A DNA stretch of 64,000 nt, from NCBI GenBank assembly GCA_033762815.1, contig JANRLF010000006.1, positions 71,631 to 135,630 on the forward strand. The letters are read 5' to 3'. The notes below the pieces were generated by a model that searched no databases, had not been told where the DNA came from, and saw only the letters and a list, made by a program, of their open reading frames with translations. Source of the DNA: Chitinophagales bacterium (GTDB taxonomy: Bacteria; Bacteroidota; Bacteroidia; Chitinophagales; CAIOSU01). This document shows positions 9,616-20,824 of this stretch, piece by piece. Position 1 is the stretch's first letter. Each line of letters begins with the position of its first letter. The position numbers were made by a program, and so were the translations under genes.

Positions 9616-12600
9616 ATGAATCTTCGTACCATATTATTACTAATAGCCATTATAGTTACTGGCGGCTTGTCAGCGCAAAACTCCGTAACGCCAAAGTTGC
9701 CGTCACAAAACAGGCAAATATCTTCCCAACAATATCACAGTATATTACCTAGAGGAGGAAGCAGGGCTATAACCTCCGTGTTGGACTATGATGCTGCAGA
9801 TGAGTCATACGCCAATAACGTCACCTTTGGCACTTATTACAGGTATCTGTATCGCCTAAATGGAGGCTTTCCCAATGATTCCTTGCATGATATAGATTTG
9901 AACTGGGCAGCTGTGGTTTTTGACACCGTATTAAACAGCAGCTTGGTTGGTAGCAGCATACCAGCCAATAGCACGCTTGATAGTGTGATGGTATTGTTGC
10001 AGCACATCAATGTTTCGGGCACCACTAATAGAATCATCTTCCAAGTCTATCAGTTGAACGCTAACGGCGGAATTAGTGTAACCAGCAATAATATCTCCAA
10101 TACCATTATTTATGCTGATACTATTACTGCCAGCAGCTCTATTTCAGGTGGGCAAAACACCATACCCGTTGTTTTTTATACCGGTCTTAACATCCCTGCT
10201 ACAGGATTTGCCGTAGGCATTAAGTTTATTGGCGATACTACTGACTATATCAACTTGATAGGCGGGTATAGTGACAATTGCTCTGGAAGCTGTGTCTCCG
10301 CTACATCAATTGTTCCAGATAACTCCCAGTTTAGGATGATTTATTGGCAGGGTACACAAAGCTTTACTTTCAATAGCACCTCAGGCACCCTGTTTTTTGA
10401 TTGTGACTTATCCAGTTCGTTTACCCCTGGAGCTTGTGAAGACTTTTTCTTGCAGAACCTTGCCATTTCTTCATACATTTCCTCCCCACAAGCTAGCAGC
10501 GGCGGATATTTGATAAGCGACCCTGCCACAGTAGTTACCTGTAGCGGAGACTTTTACGACAGTGGTGATATTTTTGCTGACTATTCTGACAATGAAAACT
10601 ACACCAAAACCTTCACCAGTGCCAACGCTGGGCAGCAGATAAGATTTACTTTCAGCTCTTTTGAAACTGAAAGTGGTTATGATACCCTTTACATTTATGA
10701 TGGTACCAGCACATCGTCTTCATTGATTGGTGCTTATACCGGCCTTGTAAGCCCGGGTGTGGTTACCTCTAGTAATGGTAGTTTGACCTTTAAGTTTGTT
10801 TCTGACGGTTCTTTCGTTTATTCAGGTTGGGAAGCTGCCATTAGCTGTGTAACAGTGAGCAATAACACCTATTTGATGAGCAATAGCAGTACGGTTACTA
10901 CCTGCTCAGGCACTTTCTATGATAGTGGCAATAGCGGTAGCAACTATAGCAATAATGAAAATTTTACAAAAACCTTTACTAGTGCCTCTGCTGGCCAGCA
11001 GATACGATTTACCTTTTCTGCTTTCAGTACTGAAGCCAACGACGATTATCTATATATCTATGATGGCCCAACAGTAGCATCACCGCTCATTGGTAAATAC
11101 AGCGGTACCTTTACGCCTGGCACGGTTACCTCCACTAATGGTAGCTTAACGTTTAGATTTGTATCTACCTCATCCGCCACCTTTGCGGGCTGGACGGCCA
11201 GTATTTCATGTGTTGCTACACCTACAGGCCAATATTTAATGTACCAGTCAGCAACGGTTACTAGCTGTTCAGGCAACTTTTATGACAGTGGCAACAATAC
11301 CGGCTTTTATTCAAATGACGAGAACTTGACCAAAACCTTTACCAGTGCGGTTAGCGGCCAACAAGTTAGGGCCACTTTCTCTTCTTTCGACACCGAATCA
11401 GGTACAGATATCTTGTATGTTTATGACGGCACCTCGGTTGCTTCACCTTTGATTGGCACCTATTCAGGCACCACCTCGCCAGGTACTATAACTTCAACAA
11501 ACGGCAGCCTAACCTTTAGGTTCGTTACCAATAGCATTTTCGTTAGGCCAGGTTGGGCAGCAGCTATTTCATGTGTTTCGGTTTCAAGCGTTTGTACGCC
11601 AAATGCAAATGTTTCCTCACCTGGTATTTATCCACCCAGCGATAGCATCCCTTGTATAGTACAAAACCAAAGCTATAATACTACCCTAACCTTTAAAAAT
11701 TATACTACTACTACCGTCAGTGGTTTGACAGTAACAATTGATTCTATAAGAATTGATTCAATAGTGAATATTCCATGTGGTATAAGTTGGACTACCAACA
11801 AAACCCCTAGGAACGTATATGCATCAGGTGAATTAGGTTGCATACAACTATCAGGTACCACTACTGATGCCGTTGGCCAGTATAAGTTAAGTATTTATGT
11901 TACTGCATGGGTTGCGGGATTTGGAACCATACCTACAGAGTTAGGGCAATTTGGTATAAGAGTTGACTTAAGGGTAAAAGCAACCTCAGGAGCATCATGC
12001 CCGAATGTGAACACGGGTATCACAGGCTTAACTGCCAATAGGAGCTGCAGCGTTGCTTTAACCGCCAATGCGGGCAACGACGTTACCATCTGCCGCGGCA
12101 ACTCGACAACATTAAGTGCTTCAGCATCGGGAGGCACGGGTTCTTATACCTATGCCTGGAGCCCTTCAACGGGCCTAAGCTGTACCAGCTGCCAATCTCC
12201 TGTATCGAGCACTACTGCTACCACTACCTACACCGTTACGGTAACCAGTGGTGCAAGTTCGGCGACTGACCAAGTGGTGGTGACGGTGCAACCTACCGTT
12301 ACGCCATCCGTATCCATCAGCAGCAATCCTTCCACTGTTTGCGCTGGCCAAAGCGTTACGTTCACCGCTACGGGCACCAATGCCGGAAGCCCCACATATA
12401 CTTGGTACGTAGCGGGCAATGCGGTTAGCACGGGTGCTACTTATACTACTTCTTCCCTTGCCGTTGGAAATCAAGTGTATGCGCAAATGACCAGCACGGC
12501 CACTTGTGCAAGCCCAGCCACCGTTAGCTCCAATACCATAACTGCTATCAACTGCGGCGGGGCACTTAGCGCTAATGCAGGCAATGATGTTAGCATCTGC

Positions 12601-15591
12601 CGCGGCAACTCGACTACATTGAGTGCTTCAGCATCGGGAGGCACGGGTTCTTATACCTATGCTTGGAGCCCTTCCACTGGCCTAAGCTGTACCAGTTGCC
12701 AATCTCCTGTATCGAGTACTACTGCTACCACTACCTACACCGTTACGGTAACCAGTGGTGCAAGTACGGCGACCGACCAAGTGGTGGTGACGGTGCAACC
12801 TACCGTTACGCCATCCGTATCTATCAGCAGCAATCCTTCCACTGTTTGCGCTGGCCAAAGCGTTACTTTCACCGCTACTGGCATTAATGGCGGAAGCCCT
12901 ACGTATACTTGGTACGTAGCTGGCAATGCGGTTAGCACTGGTGCTACTTATAATACTTCTTCCCTTGCCGTTGGAAATCAAGTGTATGCGCAAATGACCA
13001 GTACGGCCACTTGTGCAAGCCCAGCCACCGTTAGCTCCAATACCATTACCGCCATCAATTGCGGTGGGGTGCTTAGCGTAAATGCTGGCAATGACGTGAG
13101 CATTTGCAGCGGCAATAGCACTACCCTGAGCGCAAGCGCCAGTGGCGGTACTGGCAATTATACCTATTCTTGGTCGCCTTCTACCAGCCTTAACTGTACC
13201 AATTGCCAATCACCGGTTTCCAATACTACAGTCACGCGCACTTACACCGTTACGGTGAATGATGGCACCAACTCTGCCTCTGACCAAGTAACGGTTACCG
13301 TGCTGCCTGCCACAACACCATCAGTAACCATCACTAGCAATCCGGTGACGGTATGTGCTGGCCAGTTTGCAACTTTTACAGCTAGCCCAGGCAATGGCGG
13401 AAATTCACCTACCTATGTATGGTATGCCAATGGCTCTGTGGTTGGTTCAGGCAGCTCATACAGCACTTCCAACTTGGTTGCTGGGGCACCTGTTTATGTG
13501 GTAATGACCAGCAATGCTACCTGCGCCTCACCTACCAGCGTATCATCCAACGTCATCTATGCAAGCAACTGTACCGGTGCTTTGAGCGTATTGGCATCTA
13601 ATGACATTACCTTATGTTCTGGCAATGATACCACCATTTCTGCTACAGCCACTGGCGGTAGCGGTACTTATTCTTATAGCTGGAGCCCTTCTACTGGCTT
13701 AAGCTGTACTACTTGCCAAAGCCCTACCGTAAATACTACTGCTACGCGCACCTATACCATAAACGTAAGCGATGGCACCAATACTGCTACCGATCAGGTA
13801 ACCGTAACGGTATTGCCTAGTGTAACCCCTTCTGTAACTATTAACAGCAATCCTTCAACGGTATGCGCCAACCAATTGGCTACCTTTACCGCAACCCCTG
13901 TAAATGGCGGGAATACGCCTTCTTATACTTGGTATGTAAATGGGGGTATTGCAGGATCAGGCACCACTTATTCGTCATCAACCTTGCCCGCTGGAGCAAG
14001 TGTGTATGTGCTAATGGCCAGTAGCGCCGTATGTGCCCAGCCGGCATCTGTTGTTTCAAACGTAATAAGCGTTGTTAACTGTACAGGTGCACTTACTGTA
14101 TTGGCACCTAGCGATATCAGCATCTGTAGTGGAGAAAATACTTTGCTTACTGCGGTTGCCACTGGCGGTAGCGGTAATTACACCTATTCATGGAGTCCCT
14201 CTACAGGACTTAACTGTACCAACTGTGCTGCCCCATTGGCGAGCCCAACCACTACCACTACCTATACCGTAACAGCGAACGATGGCACCAATACCGCTAC
14301 CGACCAAGTAGTGGTTTCGGTACAGCCAACGGTAAACACAAGTGTTACTATTGCTTCATCGCCTAACCCTGCATGTGCAAGTCAGGCTGCTTCGTTTACG
14401 GCTACCCCTATCAATGGAGGCAATGCGCCCAGTTTCCAATGGTATGTTAATGGCCTACCAGTCACTACAGGCAATGTTTATGCCACACCTGGCCTACCTG
14501 CCGGTACCGAAATTTACGTGGAGATGAATTCGAGCCTAGCCTGTGCTTCTACTGCCACTTCCAGTTCTATTTTCCTTTCCAACTGTGGTGGGGCGTTGAA
14601 TGCGTTTATTTCTGAAAACGATACCATTTGCCAAGGTAACAGTACCGTATTGACCGTACAAGGCGATGGTGGTACAGGCAACTACACTTATTTGTGGAGT
14701 CCTTCATCCACCCTTTCTTCAGGGAATGTTTCCAACCCAACTGCATCGCCATTGGCTACTACCACCTACAATGTAACAGTTAGTGACGGCTCGAATACAG
14801 TAACTAGAAGTGTTACCATAACTGTTATCACCGCTGGTTTTGCTGATGCAGGAGATGGCGGCACCACCTGTGCTGGTGGTAGTGTAGTGCTGAACGCTAG
14901 CGGGGGCGATAGTTACCAATGGTCGCCGAGCAATAGCTTGAGTTGCAGTAATTGCCAATCGCCTATCGCAGCTCCAGCTTCAACTACTATCTACACCGTT
15001 ACTGTAACGAAAGATGGCTGTACCGATACCGATGATGTGACGGTAACTGTTAGCAGTACTGCCAATGCCTCTGTAACCATAACAGCTGACCCTGATACTT
15101 TTTGTGCCGGTCAGCAAGTTACCTTCACTGCAAGCCCTGTAAATGGCGGTACGCCTTCCTACCAGTGGCAAGTGGACAACCAAAACGTGGGTTCCAACAC
15201 CAGCACCCTTTCCAGTGGCACCTTGGTAGCTGGTCAGGAGGTGCAGGTAATTATGACCTCATCCCTATCTTGCGTAACCAACCCTACAGTTACTTCCAAT
15301 GTAATAGAAGTGGATGTTTGTAATGGAATAGCCGGAGTAGATAAGAATATTGATTGGTCGCTTTACCCTAACCCTAATGAGGGCACTTTCTATATTGATG
15401 TAGATATGCCGGCTGCGGAGAAATGGACATTAAGCATCATCACTATACAAGGCCAGCAAGTATATGCATACAGCGGTATAGGGTCAGTGAAAGCATTGAA
15501 GCCTGAACACAACCTTTCCAATGGGTTATATTTGGTGAAGATATCCAGCAGTTTGGGCACTTCATTGAAAAAACTGGTATTGGAGAAATAA
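9616..15591 (+). CDS. Large T9SS-secreted surface protein: 3 CUB domains, tandem Ig-like repeats and a type-A CTD
   Basis: Signal peptide; three CUB-like units (CSGxFYDSG...YSNNE...YDG...SSNGSLTF...GW); repeated YTYAWSPSTGLSC units; C-terminal LYPNPNEG...GLYLVKI...KKLVLEK. Confidence 0.92.
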   Translation: MNLRTILLLIAIIVTGGLSAQNSVTPKLPSQNRQISSQQYHSILPRGGSRAITSVLDYDAADESYANNVTFGTYYRYLYRLNGGFPNDSLHDIDLNWAAVVFDTVLNSSLVGSSIPANSTLDSVMVLLQHINVSGTTNRIIFQVYQLNANGGISVTSNNISNTIIYADTITASSSISGGQNTIPVVFYTGLNIPATGFAVGIKFIGDTTDYINLIGGYSDNCSGSCVSATSIVPDNSQFRMIYWQGTQSFTFNSTSGTLFFDCDLSSSFTPGACEDFFLQNLAISSYISSPQASSGGYLISDPATVVTCSGDFYDSGDIFADYSDNENYTKTFTSANAGQQIRFTFSSFETESGYDTLYIYDGTSTSSSLIGAYTGLVSPGVVTSSNGSLTFKFVSDGSFVYSGWEAAISCVTVSNNTYLMSNSSTVTTCSGTFYDSGNSGSNYSNNENFTKTFTSASAGQQIRFTFSAFSTEANDDYLYIYDGPTVASPLIGKYSGTFTPGTVTSTNGSLTFRFVSTSSATFAGWTASISCVATPTGQYLMYQSATVTSCSGNFYDSGNNTGFYSNDENLTKTFTSAVSGQQVRATFSSFDTESGTDILYVYDGTSVASPLIGTYSGTTSPGTITSTNGSLTFRFVTNSIFVRPGWAAAISCVSVSSVCTPNANVSSPGIYPPSDSIPCIVQNQSYNTTLTFKNYTTTTVSGLTVTIDSIRIDSIVNIPCGISWTTNKTPRNVYASGELGCIQLSGTTTDAVGQYKLSIYVTAWVAGFGTIPTELGQFGIRVDLRVKATSGASCPNVNTGITGLTANRSCSVALTANAGNDVTICRGNSTTLSASASGGTGSYTYAWSPSTGLSCTSCQSPVSSTTATTTYTVTVTSGASSATDQVVVTVQPTVTPSVSISSNPSTVCAGQSVTFTATGTNAGSPTYTWYVAGNAVSTGATYTTSSLAVGNQVYAQMTSTATCASPATVSSNTITAINCGGALSANAGNDVSICRGNSTTLSASASGGTGSYTYAWSPSTGLSCTSCQSPVSSTTATTTYTVTVTSGASTATDQVVVTVQPTVTPSVSISSNPSTVCAGQSVTFTATGINGGSPTYTWYVAGNAVSTGATYNTSSLAVGNQVYAQMTSTATCASPATVSSNTITAINCGGVLSVNAGNDVSICSGNSTTLSASASGGTGNYTYSWSPSTSLNCTNCQSPVSNTTVTRTYTVTVNDGTNSASDQVTVTVLPATTPSVTITSNPVTVCAGQFATFTASPGNGGNSPTYVWYANGSVVGSGSSYSTSNLVAGAPVYVVMTSNATCASPTSVSSNVIYASNCTGALSVLASNDITLCSGNDTTISATATGGSGTYSYSWSPSTGLSCTTCQSPTVNTTATRTYTINVSDGTNTATDQVTVTVLPSVTPSVTINSNPSTVCANQLATFTATPVNGGNTPSYTWYVNGGIAGSGTTYSSSTLPAGASVYVLMASSAVCAQPASVVSNVISVVNCTGALTVLAPSDISICSGENTLLTAVATGGSGNYTYSWSPSTGLNCTNCAAPLASPTTTTTYTVTANDGTNTATDQVVVSVQPTVNTSVTIASSPNPACASQAASFTATPINGGNAPSFQWYVNGLPVTTGNVYATPGLPAGTEIYVEMNSSLACASTATSSSIFLSNCGGALNAFISENDTICQGNSTVLTVQGDGGTGNYTYLWSPSSTLSSGNVSNPTASPLATTTYNVTVSDGSNTVTRSVTITVITAGFADAGDGGTTCAGGSVVLNASGGDSYQWSPSNSLSCSNCQSPIAAPASTTIYTVTVTKDGCTDTDDVTVTVSSTANASVTITADPDTFCAGQQVTFTASPVNGGTPSYQWQVDNQNVGSNTSTLSSGTLVAGQEVQVIMTSSLSCVTNPTVTSNVIEVDVCNGIAGVDKNIDWSLYPNPNEGTFYIDVDMPAAEKWTLSIITIQGQQVYAYSGIGSVKALKPEHNLSNGLYLVKISSSLGTSLKKLVLEK
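12061..14580 (+). repeat. Intragenic tandem repeats with a period of about 507 bp (169 aa)
   Basis: Units starting near 12061 and 12568 are near-identical at the DNA level; later units diverge progressively. Confidence 0.9.
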
Positions 15592-15609
15592 CCCCCGATA
15601 CCTAGACAT

Positions 15610-15648
15610 AAAAAAAGGGACTTGTTGCTAACAAGTCCCTTTTCTTTT
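15610..15648. terminator. Bidirectional rho-independent terminator
   Basis: AAAAAAAGGGACTTGTT-GCT-AACAAGTCCCTTTTCTTTT between convergent genes. Confidence 0.9.
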
Positions 15649-15681
15649 ACATGCCTTTCATAGCATCAAGAAATGAAGGTG

Positions 15682-16716
15682 CTATTGTTTTGATACTGCT
15701 TCTGCCATGCGCTTTTCCCAGTTCCAGGCACTGAGCATCATATCGTTCAGGCTACGTTGGGCTTCCCAGCCTAATTGTGCCACCGCTTTGGTGTTATTGG
15801 CATAAATGGCTACTACATCACCTGCGCGGCGGAGCGCCATTTCATAGTTAAGTTTTAGCCCGCTTACCTGCTCAAAGGCTTGTATGGCTTCCAGCACTGA
15901 TACCCCATTCCCCGAGCCAAGATTGAAAACCTCTGGATTGTTTGTTTGCTTGCCGTCCATCAGCCATTGGAGGGCCAAGGTATGGGCATGGGCAATATCC
16001 ATTACGTGTATATAGTCGCGGATGCAGGTGCCGTCGCGGGTAGGATAGTCGCTGCCAAACACGCTTAATTTTTCCCGTTTGCCGATAGCGGTTTGGGTAA
16101 TGAAAGGAGCCAAATTGTTGGGTACCCCTATCGGATTCTCCCCTATCTGGGCACTTTCATGCGCCCCAATGGGATTGAAATACCGCAATAAAACAAATCC
16201 AGCCGTTTGGCCCGATTTTACGAAATCAGTTATCATCTGTTCCCCTATCTGCTTGGAGTAGGCGTAGGGCGATTCAGCCTTGCCAAGTGGCGTATCTTCC
16301 GTAACAGGTAGCGATGGAGGATTGCCATACACAGAGCAAGAGGAGGAAAATATAAAATGCTGGATACCGAATTCGGTAACGCACTTCAGTAAATTGACTA
16401 AGGATTGTATGTTGTTGTGGTAATACAACAGCGGTTCCGCCACCGATTCGGGCACTGTTTTATAGGCAGCAAAGTGTATAATGCCTACAATATCGCGCTC
16501 CTTTTGGAAAACATTCCTTAGCTCATCAAGTTGGCATAAGTCAACGGCGTAATTGGTTACATCCTTTCCAGTGATGGCTTTAATGCCTTCCAAGGTTTTT
16601 GGAAAAGAACGACTGTAGTTATCTATGGAAACAACATCATAGTTGTTTTCTATTAAGTCAACAACCGTGTGCGAACCAATGTAGCCACATCCGCCAGTAA
16701 CTAAAATTTTGGGCAT
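15682..16716 (-). CDS. galE: UDP-glucose 4-epimerase
   Basis: GGCGYIGSH, YAYSK (YxxxK), LRYFNPIGAH and DGTCIRDYIHV motifs. Confidence 0.96.
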   Translation of the reverse strand: MPKILVTGGCGYIGSHTVVDLIENNYDVVSIDNYSRSFPKTLEGIKAITGKDVTNYAVDLCQLDELRNVFQKERDIVGIIHFAAYKTVPESVAEPLLYYHNNIQSLVNLLKCVTEFGIQHFIFSSSCSVYGNPPSLPVTEDTPLGKAESPYAYSKQIGEQMITDFVKSGQTAGFVLLRYFNPIGAHESAQIGENPIGVPNNLAPFITQTAIGKREKLSVFGSDYPTRDGTCIRDYIHVMDIAHAHTLALQWLMDGKQTNNPEVFNLGSGNGVSVLEAIQAFEQVSGLKLNYEMALRRAGDVVAIYANNTKAVAQLGWEAQRSLNDMMLSAWNWEKRMAEAVSKQ

Positions 16717-17660
16717 CAGCGTTTGAAATATGGCGACTCCAGTACTTTTTTGATACCCTCTTGAAGGGAATAGATAGGTCTTTCCATTAGGCTGACCATC
16801 TTACTGATTTCAGGAACCCTACGTTTCATATCGCCCTCAGCCAACGGAGGCAAATGCACGATTTTCGATTTTGACCCTGTTACTTCAATAACAATTTTAG
16901 CCAATTCAAGAATAGGCACCTCAATATCGCTACCGATATTGACGATATCGTTCACGTACATATCTTTATACAAACAGTTGGTGGTGGCCATAATGTTATC
17001 GTCCACGTAGCAGAAAGTGCGGGTTTGGTCACCCTCGCCGTAGATGGTGATGTCCTTGCCTTCCAAAGCCAACCTTATAAAGCGGCTCATCACAAAGTCG
17101 GTACTTTGCTTAGGCCCATAAGTGTTGAAGAAGCGGAAGATGGTATAATCAAGGTCGAACTCCAGCTTGTATGACTTGCAGAATGCTTCCCCCACATTTT
17201 TTACCACCGCATACGGCAAGCGAGAGTTGAGCGGGGTAGTATATTCGTTCTGGGGCAATGTGGTAGGTTCACCATACACTTCCGATGACGAAGCGAAAAA
17301 CACGCGCTTCACACCGGTATTCTTGGCAAGGTTCAGCACATTCTGTATGCCTTGAATGTCTTTTAAAACCAGTACCGGATTGTCCAAAGTACGCTGTACC
17401 CCTACTACCGCTGCATAATGGAAAATATAGTCGAAGGAGTAGGCCACCATTACGGAAGTAATATCATGCACATCGTTTACATCGCACTTGATAAATTTCC
17501 AATTGGAAGTCTCCTTACTGGGCAACCTGTCATACCGACCAGTAAGCATATTATCCACCACCACTACATAATTATCGGGGTCTTGGATAAGTTTGTCGGT
17601 CAATGAACTGGCAATAAAACCTGCTCCACCCGTAACCAAAATCTTTCTTTTGTTTTCCAT
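16716..17660 (-). CDS. NAD-dependent nucleotide-sugar epimerase/dehydratase
   Basis: GGAGFIAS, SSSEVYG, YAVVK and RFFNTYGP motifs. Confidence 0.92.
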   Translation of the reverse strand: MENKRKILVTGGAGFIASSLTDKLIQDPDNYVVVVDNMLTGRYDRLPSKETSNWKFIKCDVNDVHDITSVMVAYSFDYIFHYAAVVGVQRTLDNPVLVLKDIQGIQNVLNLAKNTGVKRVFFASSSEVYGEPTTLPQNEYTTPLNSRLPYAVVKNVGEAFCKSYKLEFDLDYTIFRFFNTYGPKQSTDFVMSRFIRLALEGKDITIYGEGDQTRTFCYVDDNIMATTNCLYKDMYVNDIVNIGSDIEVPILELAKIVIEVTGSKSKIVHLPPLAEGDMKRRVPEISKMVSLMERPIYSLQEGIKKVLESPYFKR

Positions 17661-17662
17661 GG

Positions 17663-18526
17663 CTATCTTTTTACCAGTTTCAACAAGTATTGGCCGTATC
17701 CGCTTTTCAACAAAGGCGTTGCCAACTTTATAAGCTGTTCGTCATTAATAAAGCCCTTAATGTATGCCACCTCTTCTATACAACCTATTTTCAAATCTTG
17801 CCGCTGCTCTATTACCTGCACAAATTGCGAAGCTTGCATCAGTGAATCAAACGTACCAGTATCCAACCAGGCCGTGCCCCTATCCAATATCGCCACCTTC
17901 AATTTTCCCTGGCGGAGATATTCTTTGTTCACATCGGTGATTTCATACTCCCCCCTAGGGCTTGGTTGAAGGTTTTTTGCTATGCCGACAACACTGTTAT
18001 CATAGAAATACAAACCCGGCACAGCATAATTTGACTTGGGTTGTGCTGGCTTCTCTTCAATGGAAATGGCTACATTATTTTTGTCAAACTCTACTACCCC
18101 ATATCGTTCAGGGTCAGATACATGGTAGGCAAAAATCACCCCTCCATCTGGGTTGGTGTGATTTGACATGAGCTGGCCTAGACCAGACCCATAAAAAATG
18201 TTATCGCCCAAAATGAGGGCCACTTTATCTTGACCTATGAACGGCTCCCCAATGACAAAGGCTTGCGCCAATCCGTTAGGTACATTTTGCACCGCATAGC
18301 TGATATTACAACCAATATGGGAGCCGTTGCCCAACAGCTTTTCGAAATTGGGCAAGTCTTGTGGGGTAGAAATGATAAGAATGTCTTTAATGCCCGCTAG
18401 CATCAGTACCGATAAGGGATAATAAATCATCGGCTTATCGTAAATGGGCATGATTTGCTTGCTGATAGCGTAGGTGATGGGGTAGAGACGAGTGCCAGAC
18501 CCTCCTGCCAAGATGATACCTTTCAA
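17663..18526 (-). CDS. rfbA: Glucose-1-phosphate thymidylyltransferase
   Basis: [23 protein letters not shown] and WLDTGT motifs; TTG start. Confidence 0.97.
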   Translation of the reverse strand: MKGIILAGGSGTRLYPITYAISKQIMPIYDKPMIYYPLSVLMLAGIKDILIISTPQDLPNFEKLLGNGSHIGCNISYAVQNVPNGLAQAFVIGEPFIGQDKVALILGDNIFYGSGLGQLMSNHTNPDGGVIFAYHVSDPERYGVVEFDKNNVAISIEEKPAQPKSNYAVPGLYFYDNSVVGIAKNLQPSPRGEYEITDVNKEYLRQGKLKVAILDRGTAWLDTGTFDSLMQASQFVQVIEQRQDLKIGCIEEVAYIKGFINDEQLIKLATPLLKSGYGQYLLKLVKR

Positions 18527-18690
18527 AGTGACGGATTTAGTAGGGGCAAAGGTAAACGATTTTGCTAAAGATAAAAATGACTGGCATCCCTATTGCCACT
18601 GCATAACCTACACATAGCAAAAGCTTTAAAACATGTTAAACTATGGAATAGGTCGAACTATAAATAATATAGCCTTGTTGAGCTAACCAA

Positions 18691-19344
18691 ATGGTAAAAA
18701 TGTTGTTACAAAAAACAATGGCTATATTGAGTCTATTAGCGATGGTGTCCTGCAACGGCCAAGCCCAGCAACCCTCCTTAGGCGACGAAAAAGTAAAAAT
18801 CGACAAAAACACAACTATGCAAAAAGCAACTTTCGGCTCAGGCTGCTTCTGGTGTACCGAGGCTATTTTTCAACAACTGAAAGGGGTAGTAAAAGTGGAA
18901 TCGGGCTACTCGGGTGGCAAAATCAAAAACCCTACCTACCGGGAAGTGTGCAGTGGCTTGACCGGCCATGCGGAAGTGATACAAGTAACCTATGACCCCG
19001 CTGTGGTTACTTATGACGAATTGCTGGAAGTGTTTTGGAAAACCCATGACCCCACTACGCTCAATCAACAAGGGGCGGACAAAGGCACCCAATACCGCTC
19101 AGTAGTATTCTATCATAATGATGAACAGCGCCAATTGGCGGAAGCGTACAAACAAAAGCTGGACGAGGCTAAAATTTGGCCCAACCCGATTGTAACCGAA
19201 ATAACGGCCTATACTGAGTTTTACAAAGCCGAAGACTATCATCAAGATTACTATAGCCTGAACGGCGATCAGCCTTATTGTTCCTATGTAATCACCCCTA
19301 AGCTGGAGAAATTCAAACAAGTATTTAAGGATAAGCTGAAATAA
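18691..19344 (+). CDS. msrA: Peptide-methionine (S)-S-oxide reductase with a lipoprotein-type signal
   Basis: GCFWC, HDPTTLN, QYRS and AEDYHQDY motifs; N-terminal LAMVSC lipobox-like sequence. Confidence 0.96.
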   Translation: MVKMLLQKTMAILSLLAMVSCNGQAQQPSLGDEKVKIDKNTTMQKATFGSGCFWCTEAIFQQLKGVVKVESGYSGGKIKNPTYREVCSGLTGHAEVIQVTYDPAVVTYDELLEVFWKTHDPTTLNQQGADKGTQYRSVVFYHNDEQRQLAEAYKQKLDEAKIWPNPIVTEITAYTEFYKAEDYHQDYYSLNGDQPYCSYVITPKLEKFKQVFKDKLK

Positions 19345-20371
19345 GGCTATCGATAAATGCCGCTGCTTTTTTGTGTCCCTTATTGTTGAAATGCCCATCT
19401 GGCAGGGGTTGATAATCATTGGCTGCTACAGGCATTACTTGTACTAGGTTTTCCAAGCCCTTGAAAGTGACGGGGTAATGGCTCAACATAAAAGCTTTTG
19501 GGTTTTTATGGAATGGGCTGCCCAAGTCTTTTGCACCATTAGGTATTACCACTATGCGCAATGGTATTCCTTGTTTTAGGCACCTTTGGTAAACTGCCAT
19601 CAGATACCTGCCTGAAATATCCTGCTGCTTTAATGTTTTCCAGTCGTTCAATTCCCTCACCCTATGTGGGATGGATAAGAGGGCTGTACCGATGGCCGTT
19701 TTGGAGAAAGCTTTCGCAAGCCCTGTTTTGGGGGCATACAATTGTCGGTAGTAATTGGCACTAGCAGTTGCATTCTCGAAATATTGCCCCTTGTACCAAC
19801 CGGGTAGCCAGCCATTTTCCGTAACGAAATACAGTGGTTGGTAAGGCTTAATAAAGCGTGGCACAGGCATCATATCATTGCCCGTATAATAGCATATTAT
19901 CACTTGCTTGGGCTGGTATAAGGGAATGTACTTTTCTGCAAGCAGGGCGTATTGGGCAGGATCCGCCCCCGGGATACCTACATTCAGGATATGATGGCGC
20001 TGTGACAATAGATTGGCAAAAGAACTATCAAAACTACTGGCACCCGCGCCCCATACAAACGAATCGCCAATCAATAGAATGCCATTTGACGTATCATGGT
20101 TAGTGGGCATTGCCCTAAAACCAGCACGATTAACAGGTACCTTTTGCCCCGACCAGAAAATACTATCGGCTTTGAAAATCCCTAGGCTATCCGTATAAAA
20201 TGAGGGGATGTTGCTTACTGATTCATTGGTTGGTGGGGGCAACCAGTTAGGGGCTAAATTGCCAATAACAGTTGCAGAGCAATAAAAGTAAATTCTAAGG
20301 AGCAACTCGATTGCAATAAGAAGGCCTATCAACCCAAACAGATAGAAAGTAGCTTTACGACTAGCTACCAT
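19325..20371 (-). CDS. SGNH/GDSL hydrolase family protein
   Basis: GDSF, GND and DGHFN blocks; N-terminal TM helix. Confidence 0.85.
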   Translation of the reverse strand: MVASRKATFYLFGLIGLLIAIELLLRIYFYCSATVIGNLAPNWLPPPTNESVSNIPSFYTDSLGIFKADSIFWSGQKVPVNRAGFRAMPTNHDTSNGILLIGDSFVWGAGASSFDSSFANLLSQRHHILNVGIPGADPAQYALLAEKYIPLYQPKQVIICYYTGNDMMPVPRFIKPYQPLYFVTENGWLPGWYKGQYFENATASANYYRQLYAPKTGLAKAFSKTAIGTALLSIPHRVRELNDWKTLKQQDISGRYLMAVYQRCLKQGIPLRIVVIPNGAKDLGSPFHKNPKAFMLSHYPVTFKGLENLVQVMPVAANDYQPLPDGHFNNKGHKKAAAFIDSLISAYP

Positions 20372-20442
20372 AATAGAGTGCGGTTTTAGATATTGAATTT
20401 ATGGGTTCAGTTATTTGATACTCCAGGGCGATTATTTATATT

Positions 20443-20709
20443 TTAATCCAAAATTTTTAAAACAAGGTTATGCATTGATTGAAAAAATTGGAGCGTAAAA
20501 CCAATTAACACAAGCAAAAATCCAAATCTTGAAAGTTGCACATATTGCAAATTATCCGCTTGCTCTCTCTTTTCATCTGCTAACGTTCCTACCCTTAACA
20601 CACTGCTATCTTGTATGTGCCGTGAAATGCCATATTTGTAAAGAAGCCAAGCCCCTAAGATTTCAAGTATTTGACCAAATACGGTCAGAATTTGGAAGAA
20701 TGTTTCCAT
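20443..20709 (-). CDS. Small hypothetical membrane protein
   Basis: 88-aa ORF with two hydrophobic segments. Confidence 0.55.
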   Translation of the reverse strand: METFFQILTVFGQILEILGAWLLYKYGISRHIQDSSVLRVGTLADEKREQADNLQYVQLSRFGFLLVLIGFTLQFFQSMHNLVLKILD

Positions 20710-20824
20710 ACTGGTTTATTCAGTTGCTTATTCTTAGGCTGGCTATCATTTAGCAGGTTCTATGGGCATATTGAATCTTGATATGTTAGTATTATATTAT
20801 AAAAAGATAGCATATTATTAATAC

